Source: the human T2T-CHM13v2.0 reference genome, Homo sapiens. Taken from it: 64,000 nucleotides of DNA. The DNA lies in assembly GCF_009914755.1 (NCBI RefSeq), contig NC_060946.1, one strand, 5' to 3'. Position 1 is the first letter of the stretch. Every line of letters starts with the position of its first letter. Positions 1 to 56,135 of this stretch are shown piece after piece. The notes below the pieces were generated by a model. That model was given only the letters and a program-made list of their open reading frames with translations. It had not been told where the DNA came from and searched no databases. Both the position numbers and the translations under genes were made by a program.

Positions 1-98
1 ATTTTCTTTCATGGATTATGGTTTTGGTGTCATATCTAAGAAATGTCTTAACCTAAGGTCCTAAGTCAAATAATACTTTTTATGTTTCTTCTAGAAGA

Positions 99-4790
<4,692 letters not shown>

Positions 4791-4975
4791 TGTCCTTTCT
4801 TGAACACAAACTTAACTTCATTACTTTATAATTAATCCCCTCTTGTTGATAATATTTTTATATCAAACTTTCCCTGTTGAAATCATTGTGTGGTCTCTGT
4901 CCCTTTATTGAACCATAACTAGTGATACAATTTTGAAGGAGGAAAAACCAAGCAGGGAAGGTGGTGATGAAGAGA

Positions 4976-7900
4976 GTGTGTGTGTGTGTGTGTGTGGTGT
5001 GTCTGTGTGTACAGTGTGTGTGTGCGATGTGTGGTGTGTGTGGGGTGTGTGCGTGTGTGCTGTGTGGGTATAGTGTGTGTGGGGTATGTGTGTGGTGTAT
5101 TGGTGTGTGTGTGTGGTGTGTGTGCAGTGTGTGTGGTACATGTGTGGTGTGTGGTATGTGGGGGTGTGTGTGTGCGCCTGCATGTGTGTGTGGTGTGTGT
5201 GTCTGCGATGTGTGGTGTGTGGGTGTGTGTGTGCTGTGTGGGGGGTGTGTGTGTGTAGTGTGTGTGTGCGATGTGTGGTGTGTGTGGGGTGTGTGTGTGC
5301 GGTACGTGTGTGGTGTGTGTGGTATGTAGTGTGTGTAGTGTTTGTCTGCGATGTGTGGTGTGTGTGCGGTGTGTGGGGTGTGTGCGTGTGTGTATAGTGT
5401 GTGCGATGTGTGGTGTGTGTGGGGTCTGTGTGTCTGTGTAGTGTGTGTGCGATGTGTGGTGTGTTGGGGGTGTGTGTGCTGTGTGCGGTATGTGTGCTGT
5501 GTGGGTATAGTGTGTGTGTGGTGTGTGTGGTGTGTGTGTGTGTGCCATATGTGGTGTGGTGTGTGTGCGGTGTGGTATATGTGTACTGTGTGGTATGTAG
5601 TGTGTGTGGTATGTGGAGTGTGCACGATGTGTATGGTGTGTGTGTGGGTGTGTGTGTGCTGTGTGGGGCATGTGTGCTATCTGGGTACAGTGTGTGTGTG
5701 GGGTGTGTGTGGTGTGTTGGTGTGTCTGTGTGTGGTGTATGTGTGGTGTGTGGTGTGTGTGGTCTGTGTGGTGTAGTGTGTGTGGTGTGTGGGGTGTGTG
5801 CATGTGTGTGTGATGTGTGTGGTGTGTGTGGGTGTGTGTGCTGTGTAGGGTGTGTATGTTGTGTGGGTATAGTGTGTGTGGGGGGTATGTGTGGTGTGTT
5901 TGTGTATGTGTGGTGTGATGTGTGTGGTGTGTGTGGTGTGTGTGATGTGTAGTGTGTGTGGTGTGTGGTATGTGGTGTGTGTGCATGTGCGTGCATGTGT
6001 ATGTAGTGTGTGTGGTATGTGTGTGCGATGTGTGAGGTGTGTGTGTGCTGTGTGGGTATAGTGTGTGTCGGGGGTGTGTGTGGTGTGTTGGTGTGTGTGT
6101 GTGGTGTGTTTGTGTCTATGTGTGGTGCGTGTGAAGTGTGTGGTGTGTTTGTGGTGTGTAGTGTGTGGTGTGTGTGTGGTGTGTGGTGTGTGTGTGGTAT
6201 ATGTAGTGTGTGTGGTATATGGTGTGTGGTGTGTGTATGGTATATAGTGTCTGTGGTATGTGGTGTGTGTGGTATGTGTGTGTAGGGTGTGTGGTGTGTG
6301 TAGAGTGTGTGGTGTGTGGTATGTAGTGTGTGTTATGTGTGTGTTATGTAGTGTATGTGGTATGTGGTGTGTGTAGTGTGTGTGTGCGGTGTGTGTGTAG
6401 GGTGTGTGGTGTGTGTGGTATGTAGTGTGTGTGTTTGGTGTGGTGTGTGTTTGTGGTGTGTGGTGTGTGTGGTATGTAGTATGTGTGGTATATGGTGTGT
6501 GGTGTCTGTGGTATGTAGTGTGTGTGGTATGTGGTGTGTGTGTAGTATGTGGTGTGTGTGGTGTGTGTAGGGTGTGTGGTGTGTGTGTGGTGTGTAGTGT
6601 GTGTGTTATGTGGTATGTGTGGTAGGTAGTGTGTGTGGTATGTGGTGTGTGTGGTGTGTATGTACGGTGTCTGGTGTGTGTGTGTGTAGGGTGTGTGGTG
6701 TGTGTGTGGTGTGTGGTGTGTGATGTGTGTGGTATGTAGTGTGTGTGTTATGTGGGGTGTGTGTGGTGTGTGTGGTAGTGTGTGTGGTATGTGGTGTGTG
6801 TGGGTGTGTAGGGTGTGGTGGGTGTGTAGGGTGTGTGGTGTGTGTGTGGTATGTAGTATGTGTGGTATGTGGTGTGTGGTGTGTGTGTGTGGTGTGTGTG
6901 TGTGGTATGTAGTGTGTTATGTGGTGTGGTGTATGTGGTATGTGGTGTGTGGTGTGTGTGGTATGTAGTGTGGTATGTAGTGTGTGTTATGTAGTGTGTG
7001 TGGTTTGTGGTGTGTGTGTGGTATGTGGTGTGTGTGGTGTGCGTGTGGTATGTAGTGTGTGTTGTATGTGGTGTGTGTGTAGGGTGTGTGGTGTGTTTAC
7101 GGTGTGTGTTGTGTGTGTTGTGTGATTGTGTGGTGTGTGTAGGGTGTGTGTTGTGTGTGGTATGTGGTGTGTGTTGTGGGTGTAGTGTGTGTGGTGTGTG
7201 TGGTATGTAGTGTGTGGTATGTGGTGTGTGTGGCTTGCGTGTGGTATGTAGTGTGTGTGTGGTATGTGGTGTGTGTGTAGGGTGTGTGGTGTGTGTTTAC
7301 GGTGTGTGTTGTGTGTGGTGTGTGATTGGTGTGTGTGTAGTGTGTGGTGTGTATAGGGTGTGTGTTGTGTGTGTGGTGTGTGTGGTATGTGGTGTGTGGT
7401 GTGTGTGTGGTGTGTGTGTGGTGTGTGTGGTATGTAGTGTGTGTGTGGTGTGTGTGGTATGGTGTGTGCGGTGTGTGTGGTATGTAGTGTGTGTTATGTG
7501 GTGTGTGTGTAGGGTGTGTGGTGTATGTTTCGAGTGTGTGTTGTGTGTGGTGTGATTGGTGTGTAGTGTGTGGTGTGTGTAGGGTGTGTGTTGTGTGTGT
7601 GGTATATAGTATGTGGTGGTGTGTGGTGTGTGTGGTATGTGGTGTGTGTGTGGTGTGTGTGGGGTATGTGTGTGTGGTGTGTGGGGTATGTAGTGTGTGT
7701 GGTGTGTGGTGTGTGTGTGGTATGTAGTGTGTGTGTGGTGTGGTGTGTGTGTGGGGTGTGTGGTGTGTGTGGTATGTGGTGTGTGTGTGGGGTGTGTGGT
7801 GTGTGTGTTATGTAGTGTGTGTGTGTTGTGTGGTGTGTGTGGTATGTAGTGTGTGTTATGTGGCGTGTGTGTGGTATGTAGTGTGTGTGTAGGGTGTGTG

Positions 7901-8480
7901 GTGTGTGTTTAGGGTGTGGTGTGTGGTGTGTGATGTGTGTGTGGTGTGTGTGGTATGTAGTATGTGTGGTATGTGGTGTGTGTACAGTGTGTGGTGTGTA
8001 CAGTGTGTGGTGTGTGTAGGGCGTGTGGTGTGTGTGTAGGGTGTGTATGTGGTGTGTGTGTGGTATGGAGTGTGTGGTATGTGGTGTGTATGGTATGTGG
8101 TGTGTGTGGTGTGTGTGGAGGGTGTGTGTGGTGTGTGTGGTATGTGGTATGTGTGTGGTATGTGGTGTGTGTCTCGGGTGTGTGTGGTGTGTGTAGGGTG
8201 TGTATGTGGTGTGTGTGTGGTATGGAGTGTGTGGTATGTGGTGTGTATGGTATGTGGTGTGTGTGGTGTGTGTGTAGGGTGTGTGTGGTGTGTGTGGTGT
8301 GTGTGGTATGTGGTGTGTGTGTGGTATGTGGTGTGTGTCTCGGGTGTGTGTGGTGTGTGTAGGGTGTGGTGTGTGTGTGGTGTGTGTGGGGGGTATGTGG
8401 TGTGTGTGTCGCGTGTGTGTGGTATGTAGTGTGTGTGGTATGTGGTGTGTGGTGTGTGTGTGTGGTGTGTGGTGTGTGCG
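4976..8480. repeat. 3.5-kb degenerate (GT/GTGTG/GGTGT)n low-complexity tandem array
   Basis: Almost only G and T on +, with recurrent motifs GGTATGTAGTGTGT and GTAGGGTGTGTGG; source of the His/Thr-rich and Val/Cys-rich pseudo-ORFs. Confidence 0.97.
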
Positions 8481-8802
8481 TATGATTGTGAGTTGAAACA
8501 GTGACCAGGGAAACCCCCACAGGGAAGGGCACAGTGCAGTCAAGGTCCCAGAGGCCACTCCTAAGCACAGCAATGACCAAGGAAGGCCCTGCGGGGATGC
8601 AGGGACAGCAGCAGCCAACGGCGGGAGGTCATCGGGATGGGAGCCATGAGCAAGGGGAGTAGGAGAGGTGAGCTCAGGTCATGTAGGGCCCTGTGGGCAA
8701 CAGCAGGGACTTTGTCGTTCAGCCTGTGAGGCAAGAGCTCCTAGGGGTAGGGAAGATGTGATGTGACCTATTTCATTTCATTTCATTAAATGAAATAAAT
8801 GA

Positions 8803-9121
<319 letters not shown>

Positions 9122-9576
9122 TGAAGTGGCAACATCATAGCTCATTGAAGCCTCAACTACCTGGGCTCAGGCAATCCTCCCGCCTCAGTCGGCCAAGTAG
9201 CTGGGACCACAGGCTCATCACCACACCTGGCTAGTTTTTTAATTTTTTGTAGAGACAGGGGCCCCACTTGTTGCCGAGGCTGTTCTCAAACTCCTGGGCT
9301 CCAGCGATCCTCCTGCCTAGGCCTCCTGAAGTGCTGGGATTACAGGTGTGAGCCACCGTGCCCAGGCAATCGGATCTGTTTTAACTGGACCCCTCTGGGT
9401 GCTTTGCTGATTACAGCAAGCTGACCTACAGCAAGTACTCCAGGATAGAAGCAGGGGGCCCCTGTAGGTCTCAGGAGTCAGGAGAGAGAAACTGGTTTTG
9501 AACCAGAATGTTGGTAGTGGAGCTACCACATGTTGCAGTGATGAATCCAGTGTGGGTGAGAGAGGAGGAGAGGGCT

Positions 9577-9951
<375 letters not shown>

Positions 9952-11190
9952 TCACGGCAGCAGGAGCATCTCCTGCATCTGGTGCCCCTGGCCCCAGTCC
10001 CCATTCCGTAGCTCAACTCAGCAGCACCTCCCGCTCCTGCAAAGGAGACCATGGTGAGGGCAGGAGAAGGGCATAGCCTGCTGAACGCAGGGTGTCTCTT
10101 CTCTAGGTTGTGAGGCTGAGGCTTTTTCACCCCCACTTCCTGGAAGTTCCCTCAACGGAACCTGCCAGAAATCTGCCCCTTAGGATGCTAGGGGAAAAGC
10201 TTTTGCTGGGGAAAGGCTCGCCAGAGGCATCTGCTATAAAACCGGCGAGGAGGGTGCTGCTGACCAGGGCAGGGGACAGGCGTCGGGGAAGCCCGGGGCC
10301 GCCAGCCGCAGGGCCAAGCCCTTTTCTCCTGCAACGTCTCTGGCGCCCTCTACCGACAAAGCCTAACAGCGCCAGCTGGCAAAAGAGAAATACCGAATAT
10401 TTGAGCCGCCCAGATACGCTTTCGCAGAGAGCATCGGTGAATCCTGGGCAATACACTGACAACTGGAAAAAACGTTTAGAGATCCCTTAAGTGCTCCATG
10501 TTTTCCCAACATTTACCCACGGCTCGCTCTAACATCTGAAATAATAGTAATCATTTTTGAAATTATTTTGATGGAATTAAACAATTCCAGCACTTGTTAA
10601 ATAGGCACATACTTAATTTGCAAAACGCCGTGCAAGAACCCGTAGCGCACCTGGAGAAAACTGTCTGGAGGCGGCTCAGGCACTCCGGGTCCAGGCAGGA
10701 CGCGGGACGGGGAGGGGCCAGGCCTGGCGCCCGGGGCTGAGCCCGCTCCTGCTGCTCGGGGCGTCCACGCCCCGCGGCCTCTGGGAGGGGCCTGTGGCAG
10801 GAGGGAGGCCCGGGAGAACAGGCCCTTTCCTGGGCCACGGGGGAAACCCCTGCCCCAGGTGTGTGTCTCTCAAATGCTGCGTCGGGCCACGCGAGGATTG
10901 TTTTGTGGCTACAACAAAATTAACTATGCTTGCACAAAACTTTAGCCAATACCTCAAAGGGAAACGTAAAAGGGGAAAGACGCACTCTTACCCCACCCAC
11001 TCCAAGGCAGCAGTCAGCACACCCAAGCCCTCGTGCTCCCACGCGGGTTTCACCGAGTGCCCCACTCCAGGGGGCCCGGAGAGCCGGCCCAGGTCCCGGC
11101 CCCGCCCACCCGCGCGGCCCCGCCCCCGGCCGCGAGCGTGCGCGCCCCAAGCGGAGACCCCGCCCCCGGAGCGCGTGCCCGTGCGCCGCC

Positions 11191-11202
11191 GCCGCCATTT
11201 TG
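11191..11202 (-). promoter_or_regulatory. YY1 consensus site near the TSS
   Basis: GCCGCCATTTTG on + strand = CAAAATGGCGGC on - strand, the canonical YY1 motif typical of TSS-proximal positions in CpG-island promoters. Confidence 0.7.
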
Positions 11203-11296
11203 GAGCGATCGGAGTGCCGCCCGCGGCCCCGAGTCGGTCTCGAGCCGCCGGCCGGCCGTGCCGGTGTCCGTAGGCGCTGCGCCCTCGGCCGGGCCC

Positions 11297-40669
<29,373 letters not shown>

Positions 40670-41021
40670 ATACATGATTTAAACAAGAGATTTCCACAGA
40701 AGGTAAGATAAGTTTCTTTTTCAATTTGATTCTGTTTTATTGTGTAATTTATGTAAAAGTTCTGTACAGGTGGAAGTTCAAAGATGGGTCACAGCGAAAA
40801 ACGTAGTTTAGAAGATATGCTGGCTGGGCACTGTGGCTCACACCTGTAATCTCAGCACTTTGGGAGGCCGAGGTGGGTGGATCATGAGATCAGGAGTTCG
40901 AGACCAGCCTGACCAACATGATGAAACCCGTCTCTACTGAAAATACAAAAATTAGCTGGGCATAGTGGTGTGTACCTGTAATCCCAGCTACTCAGGAGGC
41001 TGAGGCAGGAGAATCGCTTGA

Positions 41022-41475
<454 letters not shown>

Positions 41476-41773
41476 TGATCCGCCCGCCTCGGCCTCCCAA
41501 AGTGCTGGGATAGCAGGCGTGAGCCACCGCGCCCTGTCCAAAGTTTAATTCTGACAAAACAGGAACAGTTTTGCACATATTTAATGAGGTATATGTTCCG
41601 TCTCACTTGCAGGGAACATGTGAGATACAGCATATACACTGTCACAGTTGCCATTCAAACCACACAGTTACGCAGAAAATGAAAAGGGGAGGGAAGGACC
41701 TCTGCTTCCAGCAATATAAGATACTCTTACGAGGCTCTTCCATTGCAGTTCAGTGAGATGCTGGATAAATTAG

Positions 41774-42094
<321 letters not shown>

Positions 42095-42097
42095 TAA

Positions 42098-42766
<669 letters not shown>

Positions 42767-45416
42767 TAAAAATTAAGATGACCCAGCTGGGCGGATGGAT
42801 GGCTTGAGTCTGAAAGGTGGAGGTTGCAGCGAGACAAGATCGTGCCGCTGCCCTCCAGCCTGGGTGACAGAGCCAGACCCTGTCTCAAAAAAAAGAAACC
42901 CACCAAAATTCAACATATGGATTAAACAGATTAAACACAGATGCAGATGGAATTGGTAAAGTGAAACACAGTGAAAGACATTATCCAAAGTGCAGCCCTG
43001 AGAGATCAGTGATGGTAGTAAATATGTAGCTGGAATTCTAGAATGAAAAAATCAGGAATATTGAAGAGATGTATTATTCGAAGTATTAATAGCTTTGAAC
43101 TTTCAGAAACTAATAAAAGACCTAAATCCATAGGTTTAGGAATCACAATATGTCCCAATCAATATTTTTAGAAAAAAACAAACCCAGCCAGGTGCAGTAG
43201 TTCACGCCTGTAATCCCAGCACTTTGGGAGGCCAAGGTGGGCGGATCATAAGGTCAGGAGATTGAGACCATCTTTGCTAATACGGTGAAACCCCGTGTCT
43301 ACTAAAAATACAAAAATTAGCCGGGCGTGGTGGTGCGCGCCTGTATTCCCAGCTACTCAGGAGGCTGAGGCAGGAGAATTGCTTGAACGTGGGAGATGGA
43401 TGTTGCAGTGAGCCAAGATCACGCTACTGCGCTCCAGCCTGGGCGAGAGCGAGACTCTGTCTCAAAAAAAAAAAAAAAAAAAAGAGAAAAAGAAAAAAAC
43501 AAACCCACACCCATACACTGAAATCGTATAGCACCAAAGACAAAAAGAAGGTGTTAAGGTAAAGTTAAAAGATAGATTACCTAAAATGGAACATTAGCTA
43601 GGTTGACAACAGATGTCTCAGCAGCATGAATGGAAGCCAGTAGAGAGTAGAATAATTCCTCAAAGCGACGAGAGCATGTATGTTTTATTATAGAATCGTG
43701 TTATCAAATAAATTTTGCAAGAAAAATGGCAAGGTTTTATGTTTCTGAGAATGTTAGGCTAGGTTAGACTACCTTCTACTCCCCCACCCTCCACCCCAGA
43801 AAAACAGCCACAATTGTTAGATGAAAAAACATAAATAAAAGAACTGACAAAAAAGCAGGAAACTTTTGGATCAAAATCTAACTGAAAATAACGCAGAAAG
43901 GTAATTTAAACACCATAGAATGGGGTCTGCTTTTGTCCTGAGGGCATTTGCTCATGTGGACAAAGTGGGGCTTTGAGTTTAGAGGATTTGTGAAAAGAAC
44001 AGTAGTTAAGCTCGATTCCTCTCAAGGTAAATAGCCTAAAGGAGACCCTCCCCACACCGATGGAACTCTGAAGGGCTCTATCCTCAAGGTGTGAGGGCAG
44101 ACTAGAGGCACATGTGCCTCACACCGTTCCTTGCCCTCATCTGGTTGTCTTTTTACTAAATGTAGCACAAAAAGATGAAAAGGGAAAAAAACCTGTTCCT
44201 GAGAATTGTAGCTCTGTATTGGCCTTTGTGAGGATTTTTAGCCCAGTTACATTGCCTGGTAGTTCAGGGAAATCGGGCATGAATTTAATTCAAGGTGTTT
44301 CTAGCTTGTCATCTGACAGGAACAAAGATAAAACCTCTCTGGAAGAAGTTACCTTCATCCTAAGATACAAAGAATCCCTGCAGATTTTTTTTTTTTTTTT
44401 TTTTTTTTTTGAGATGGAGTCTTGCTTTGTATCCCAGGCTGAAGTGCAGTAGCACAATCTCGGTTCACTGCAACCTCTGCCTCCCAGGTTGAAGCGATTC
44501 TCCTACCTCAGCCTTGCAAGTAGCTGGGACTATAGGCGTGTGTCCGGCTAATTTTTGTATTTTTAGTAAGGACGGGGTTTCACTGTGTTGGCCAGGCTGG
44601 TCTTGAACTCCTGACCTCAGGTGATCCGCCTGCAGATATTTTTTAAAGACAGTGATTAATAGTACACAGACAAAAATGACTAAGCACACAAGCAAATAAG
44701 CCACTCTGAGTTAAAACCAGTACAGTTCAGGTGTGGTGGCTCATGCCTGTAACCCCAGCATATTGGGAGGCTGAGGCAGGAGGATGGCTTGAGTCCATGA
44801 GTTTGAGGCTGCTGTGAGCTATGATTGCACCGCTGCACTCCAGCCTGGGTGACAAAGTGAAACCTTGTCTCAAAAAAACCCCCAGAAAATGAAAACAGGA
44901 AAACCAGTAGAAACACTTCCTCAAAGACTTCAGGTATTGGAATTGTTAGAAACAGACTATAAAAAAAGTGTACTTTTTGTATGTGTGTGAGAAGGTCTTA
45001 CTCTGTCGCCTAGGCTGGAGTTGGAGTACAGTGGCGTGATCTTGGCTCACTGCAACTTCCGCCTCCTGGGCTCAAGTGATCCTTCTGTCTCAGCCTTCTG
45101 AGTGGCTGGGACTACAGGCACACACCACCACACCTGGCTAATTCTTTGTATTTTTTGTAAAAACAGGTTTTTGCCGTGTTGCCCAGGCTGGTCTTGAATT
45201 CCTGGCTTTAAGCAATCTGCCCACCTCGGCCTCCTAAAGTACTGGAATTACAGGCGTGATCTAGCATGCTGGCTGAGTGTGCTTCTTATTTTTAAAGAAA
45301 TAAATATTTGGCTGGGTGCAGTGGCTCACGCCTGTAATCCCAGCAGTTTGGGAGGCCGAGGCGGGCAGATCACAAGGTCAGGAGATGGAGACCATGGTGA
45401 AACCCCGTGTCTACTA

Positions 45417-45851
<435 letters not shown>

Positions 45852-46417
45852 TTAAAATTAGCCAGGCGTGGTGGTGCACACCTGTAGTCCCAGCTACTTG
45901 GGAGGCTGAGGTGGGAAGATCACTCGAGCCCAGGAGGTCAAGCCATCATTGTGCAAGTGCACTGCAGCCTGGGTGACAGAACAAGACCCTCTCTCAATAA
46001 TAATAATAATAATTCAGTGTGTACAGGTTTAATAACAAAATATATACAGTGAAGTGAAAATCAGTGAACCAGAAAACAGGTCAGAAGGAATTACCCAGAA
46101 TGAAGCACAGAGAAAATGATGGGAAACATAGGCCAGAACATGGGACATCGAGGGCAAATGTCTAATGGATGTTTACTTAATGTTCTGTAAAGAGAAAAGA
46201 GAGAATGAGGCAGATTTATTATTAGAAAAGATAAAGACTAAAATTTCTCAGAATTGGTGAAAGAAGTCTACAGATTTAGGCCAGGCGCGGTGGCTGACGC
46301 CTGTAATCCCAGTACTTTGGGAGGCTGAGGCGGGAGGATCACAAGGTCAAGAGTTCCAGACCAGCCTGGCCAGCATGGTGAAACCCTGTCTCTACTAAAA
46401 ACACAAAAAGTAGCTCA

Positions 46418-46645
<228 letters not shown>

Positions 46646-46850
46646 CTACAAAGCACCAAAGAGTGTTCTTAAAATAAACGAAAAACACAGATCAACTTTA
46701 TCTGAGCAGCAGTAAGAATGATGGCTGACTTCTTAAGTGCCACAATGGAAACCAGAAGCCAGTGGAGTAATATTTTCATTGTGCTGAAAGTAAAACAATT
46801 CCTGACTTCTAACTTTATATCAGGAAAAATTATCTTTCAAAAAAATTATC

Positions 46851-47731
<881 letters not shown>

Positions 47732-48572
47732 CAGTCCTTTACTAAATACAATTCTCAAGAATAGGGGCCAGGCACAGTGATTCATGCCTGTAATCCCAGC
47801 ACTTTGAGAGGCTAAGAAGGGTGGATTGCTTGAGTCCAGAAGCTTGAGACCAGCCTGGGTGATGTGGTGAAACCCCGTCTCTACAAAAAAATAAAAAAAT
47901 TAGCCGGGAGCGGTGGTGCATGCCTGTAGTTCCAGCTACTTGGGAGGCTGAGGTGGGAGTATCACTTGAGCCTGGAGGTGGAGGCTGTAGTAAGTTAAGA
48001 TCACACCACTGCACTCTAGCCTGGGTGACAGAGTGAGACCCCGTATCAAAGTAAAATAAAAGATAGAATGGACTTTAGGCAGAAAACAGTGATCCTAAAT
48101 GGAAGAACTGAGATTCAAAAAAGAATGCAAAGCAAATATGTGAGCAAATTCAAATTAGCATTGGAGGGGTGCAGTGGCTCCTGCCTGTAATTCCAGCACT
48201 TTGGGAGGGTCACTTGAGCCCAGGAGTTTGAGACCAGCCTGGGCCACATAGGGAGACCTTGTCTCTACAAATAATAAAAAAATTAGCTGGGCATGGTGGC
48301 ACATTCCTGTAGTCCCAGATACTTAGGAGGCTGAGATGGGAGGATCACGTGAGCCTTGGAAGTTGACATTGCCGTGATCACACCACCATACTCCAGCCTG
48401 GGTGGCAGACCGAAACCCTGTCCCCTCCAAAAAACCCCACTAATTGTTTAGTAATATAATAATATCTATGGGGTAAAATCAAGGTAGAATTTCATAATAC
48501 ATGAAAATAGTAACAAATAAGTCATGAAGGAGAGTAAATGAAGTTAAAACATTCCAGTCTTTGTAGTAGCTG

Positions 48573-50112
<1,540 letters not shown>

Positions 50113-50297
50113 AACTAGGATAGGGATTAACTGTAGATTTTAATAAGTGCAGTTTACAAGTTCTAAGGAATTATTGTAGGAATAGAAACTGGCCAGGCGT
50201 GGTGGCTCACGCCTGTAATCCCAGCACTTTGGGAGGCCGAGGCGGGTGGATCACGAGATCAGGAGATTGAGACCACGGTGAAACCCCGTCTCTACTA

Positions 50298-50537
<240 letters not shown>

Positions 50538-51374
50538 TTATTCTTGTAAGGAAAAGCTGCAACAATTTTTTTAGCAACCATTAACTAAATGATAATATAT
50601 ATTGAAAACTTAACCTGTGAAAATGGAAAGAAGACAGGGTGCATGCTTTTACCACTTGAGAATAGTGATGGAAGTCTTAGCCCAATAAATCAGAAAAAGG
50701 ATAAAAAGATAAAAGAATTTAAAAGGAAGAAACAATCTATTATTCGTTGGTGATACTATTATGTATGTAGAAAATCCAAAATGATCCAAAGCTATAATAC
50801 AGTCAATTCTTTACCCAAACAGCTTTAAAGTCAATAATCTTTTAGCAATTGTCTGGATAAAAAAGTCAAACAGGGCACGGTGGCTCATGCCTGTAATCCC
50901 AGCACTTTGGGAGGCTAAGGCGGGCGGATCACAAGGTCAGGAGTTCGAGACCAGCCTGACTAACATGGTGAAACCCCGTCTCTACTAAAAATACAAAAAC
51001 TAAGCCAGGCATGGTGGCTCACGCCTGTAATCCCAGGCCTGGGCTAGGCAAAAGGGTGAAAATCCGTCTCCAAAAAAAAAAAAAAATTCAAACAAAAATA
51101 AATTACAGTGTACCACCAACAAACACACTGAAGTTAAAAAGTAGAATTATAAATAAAAAATACCTGGGAATAAAATAAAAGATGTGTAAAACCTTTATGG
51201 AGAGCACTATACAATTTTGAAAGCAATTAAAGACTTGAATAAATGGGCAGAGGTACCCTGGTTTTGGATTGGAAAACTTACTGTTATACCAGTTCTTCTC
51301 CAACTGATCGAGAAATTGAGTGCAATCCCAATAAAAAACCCGAGATTGTCAGTGAGGGTGTGGGAAAAGGGTGA

Positions 51375-51705
<331 letters not shown>

Positions 51706-52290
51706 TGAAAATGAAGGGGTCCATGAATACTCAAGGTGTGATTGAAGAATTCCAATTCATTCCATGTGTCAAAGATCTTGTTTTAAGATGTTGGTGTTTT
51801 TATATTGGTAGGGTGCCCATCAGCCCTGGTTTGCCCAAGTGTCCTGGTTTTTCCTGTGGTCCTGGTCTCATTAAGAAAGTGTTTTCATTTCGAGTCCTTT
51901 TGGAAGTCTTATTCTGCTGTTTGGGTAAAGAATTGACTGTATTTTTTAGTTTTTAATTTTTGTTTTTAGGGTTGCCCGTGTTTTCCCAAATACAGAATTC
52001 TAAACCAGAGAATAGCACCTTACATAGTAGAGAGATTGCTTCTCTTTTGGTAGGCGGTGGCCAGGAAGGAACGCCAGGTAGCATTAAGCCTTGGCCCCCA
52101 AGTATGTCTTGTTCCCTGTCTCTTTGCTTTCAGTGGGTTCCTTGGGCCTTCTTGTTTATGATGGAGAATACATAGGAATTAGCCTCCTCAGCTTCCTTCT
52201 TTCTTGCTGTGCTTAAGACAAGCAGCCATATGGGGCTGTTATCTTTCTGCCACTGGGAAATGAGAGGGTGGGTGCTAAAAAATTAACTTA

Positions 52291-52665
<375 letters not shown>

Positions 52666-52768
52666 TTAGTAAATTCAAGTATGATTTGTTGGGCACTTAT
52701 AATATGCCAGGTGCATTACATAACTCCTGTGGCCTTTTGAAGAAAATATTATTTTATATGAAGCTCAG

Positions 52769-55040
<2,272 letters not shown>

Positions 55041-55074
55041 CTCAGGGAAGTAAAGAACCTTGCTCAAATTGTAG

Positions 55075-55470
55075 TAAGGTACAAACCGAGCTTCTGCAGC
55101 AAGGAGGTCCCAAAGAACAGTGGCTTGAGCAAGGTGCAAGCACATTTCTTTCTCCTCTAACAGTCTGGTCTGCCAGGTGGCCTTCCTCAGCTTGTGGCTT
55201 CCACTCGTGGATCTAGAAGGGTCTTTATGGTTTTTGGTTTCCCACCAGGCGGTAAAATCAGAACGAAGGAAGCTCACAACAGTAAGAGGTTGAGGTTCCA
55301 GTGTTAGTTACTTCTACTCGCAACCCATTTACCCAGAGTTTAGTCACATGATGATAGCTGGCTGTAAGGAGGGTTGGAAAAGTTAGGCTGAAGGAGGGTG
55401 GCCATGTACCCAGCTGACCTCTATTCTGTTGAAGAAAGGGAAACTGGAAACTGGGGACAAGTAGAATGTC
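55075..55470. mobile_element. Old MLT1-type (K/L-like) LTR fragment
   Basis: AACAGTGGCTTGAGCAAG and ACCCATTTACCCAGAGTTTAGTCACATG...GTAAGGAGGGTTGGAAAAGTTAG resemble old MLT1 motifs. Confidence 0.5.
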
Positions 55471-56135
55471 CCCCACACCTGCCTGCAGTCACACAGGTGG
55501 AGGGTGTGGATCCAGGCCCTCTCTTCCTATCTGTCCTGCTCTTCCGCGGTACCTTACTACTGTTTTTGGGAAGAAGCAGCCTTTGCGAACTTTATGTATG
55601 TATTAAATTAAAATCATTTATTTATTTTTTGAGACAGGGTCTTGCTCTATCACCGAGGCTGGAGTGAAGGGGTACGATCATAGCTCAGGGCAGCCTCAAC
55701 CTCCTGGGCTCAAGCGATCCCCCTGCCTCAGGCTCCCGGAGTAGCTGAGATGATAGTCCCACACCACCATGCCCAGCTAGTTTTTAAAACTTTTTTTGTA
55801 GAGCTGGGGTCTTGCTGTGTTGCCCAGGCTTGTCTTGAACTCTGGGCTCAAGTGACCCTCAGCCTCAGCCTCGGCCTCCCGAATTGTTGGGATTACAAGC
55901 ATGAGCCATGTGCCTCTTTTCACTTCTGATTTTGGATTTTTACTTAACTTGTTTGTCCCACTCCACCCCCTTTTTAAAGTTAGACTCTTTTTCCTGGTCT
56001 TTTTTCCCCGGTGGACTATGCTCAGGATCGACATAGTCTTGTTTGTTCCTTGGTTGTACAAATAGTCATTGTGCTTCATGTGCTCACGTTGCCATTTTTT
56101 TCCGGGCCAAATGGAAATCAAGCATTCAGCCTATC

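Noticed and set aside
4976-8480. Interstitial telomeric repeat
   Set aside because: Only an isolated TTAGGG (~7900); no (TTAGGG)n tract. The resemblance to yeast TG1-3 is compositional.
4858-8618. Long His/Thr-rich (minus) and Val/Cys-rich (plus) ORFs up to 374 aa
   Set aside because: Open in several frames because the GT/CA repeat lacks stop codons; no splice or domain evidence.
10920-11198. Minus-strand ORF starting AAAATGGCGGCG (MAAAAHGHALR...) as a divergent coding gene
   Set aside because: The strong-Kozak ATG is simply the YY1 motif; the product is low-complexity GC-driven sequence with no recognisable family.
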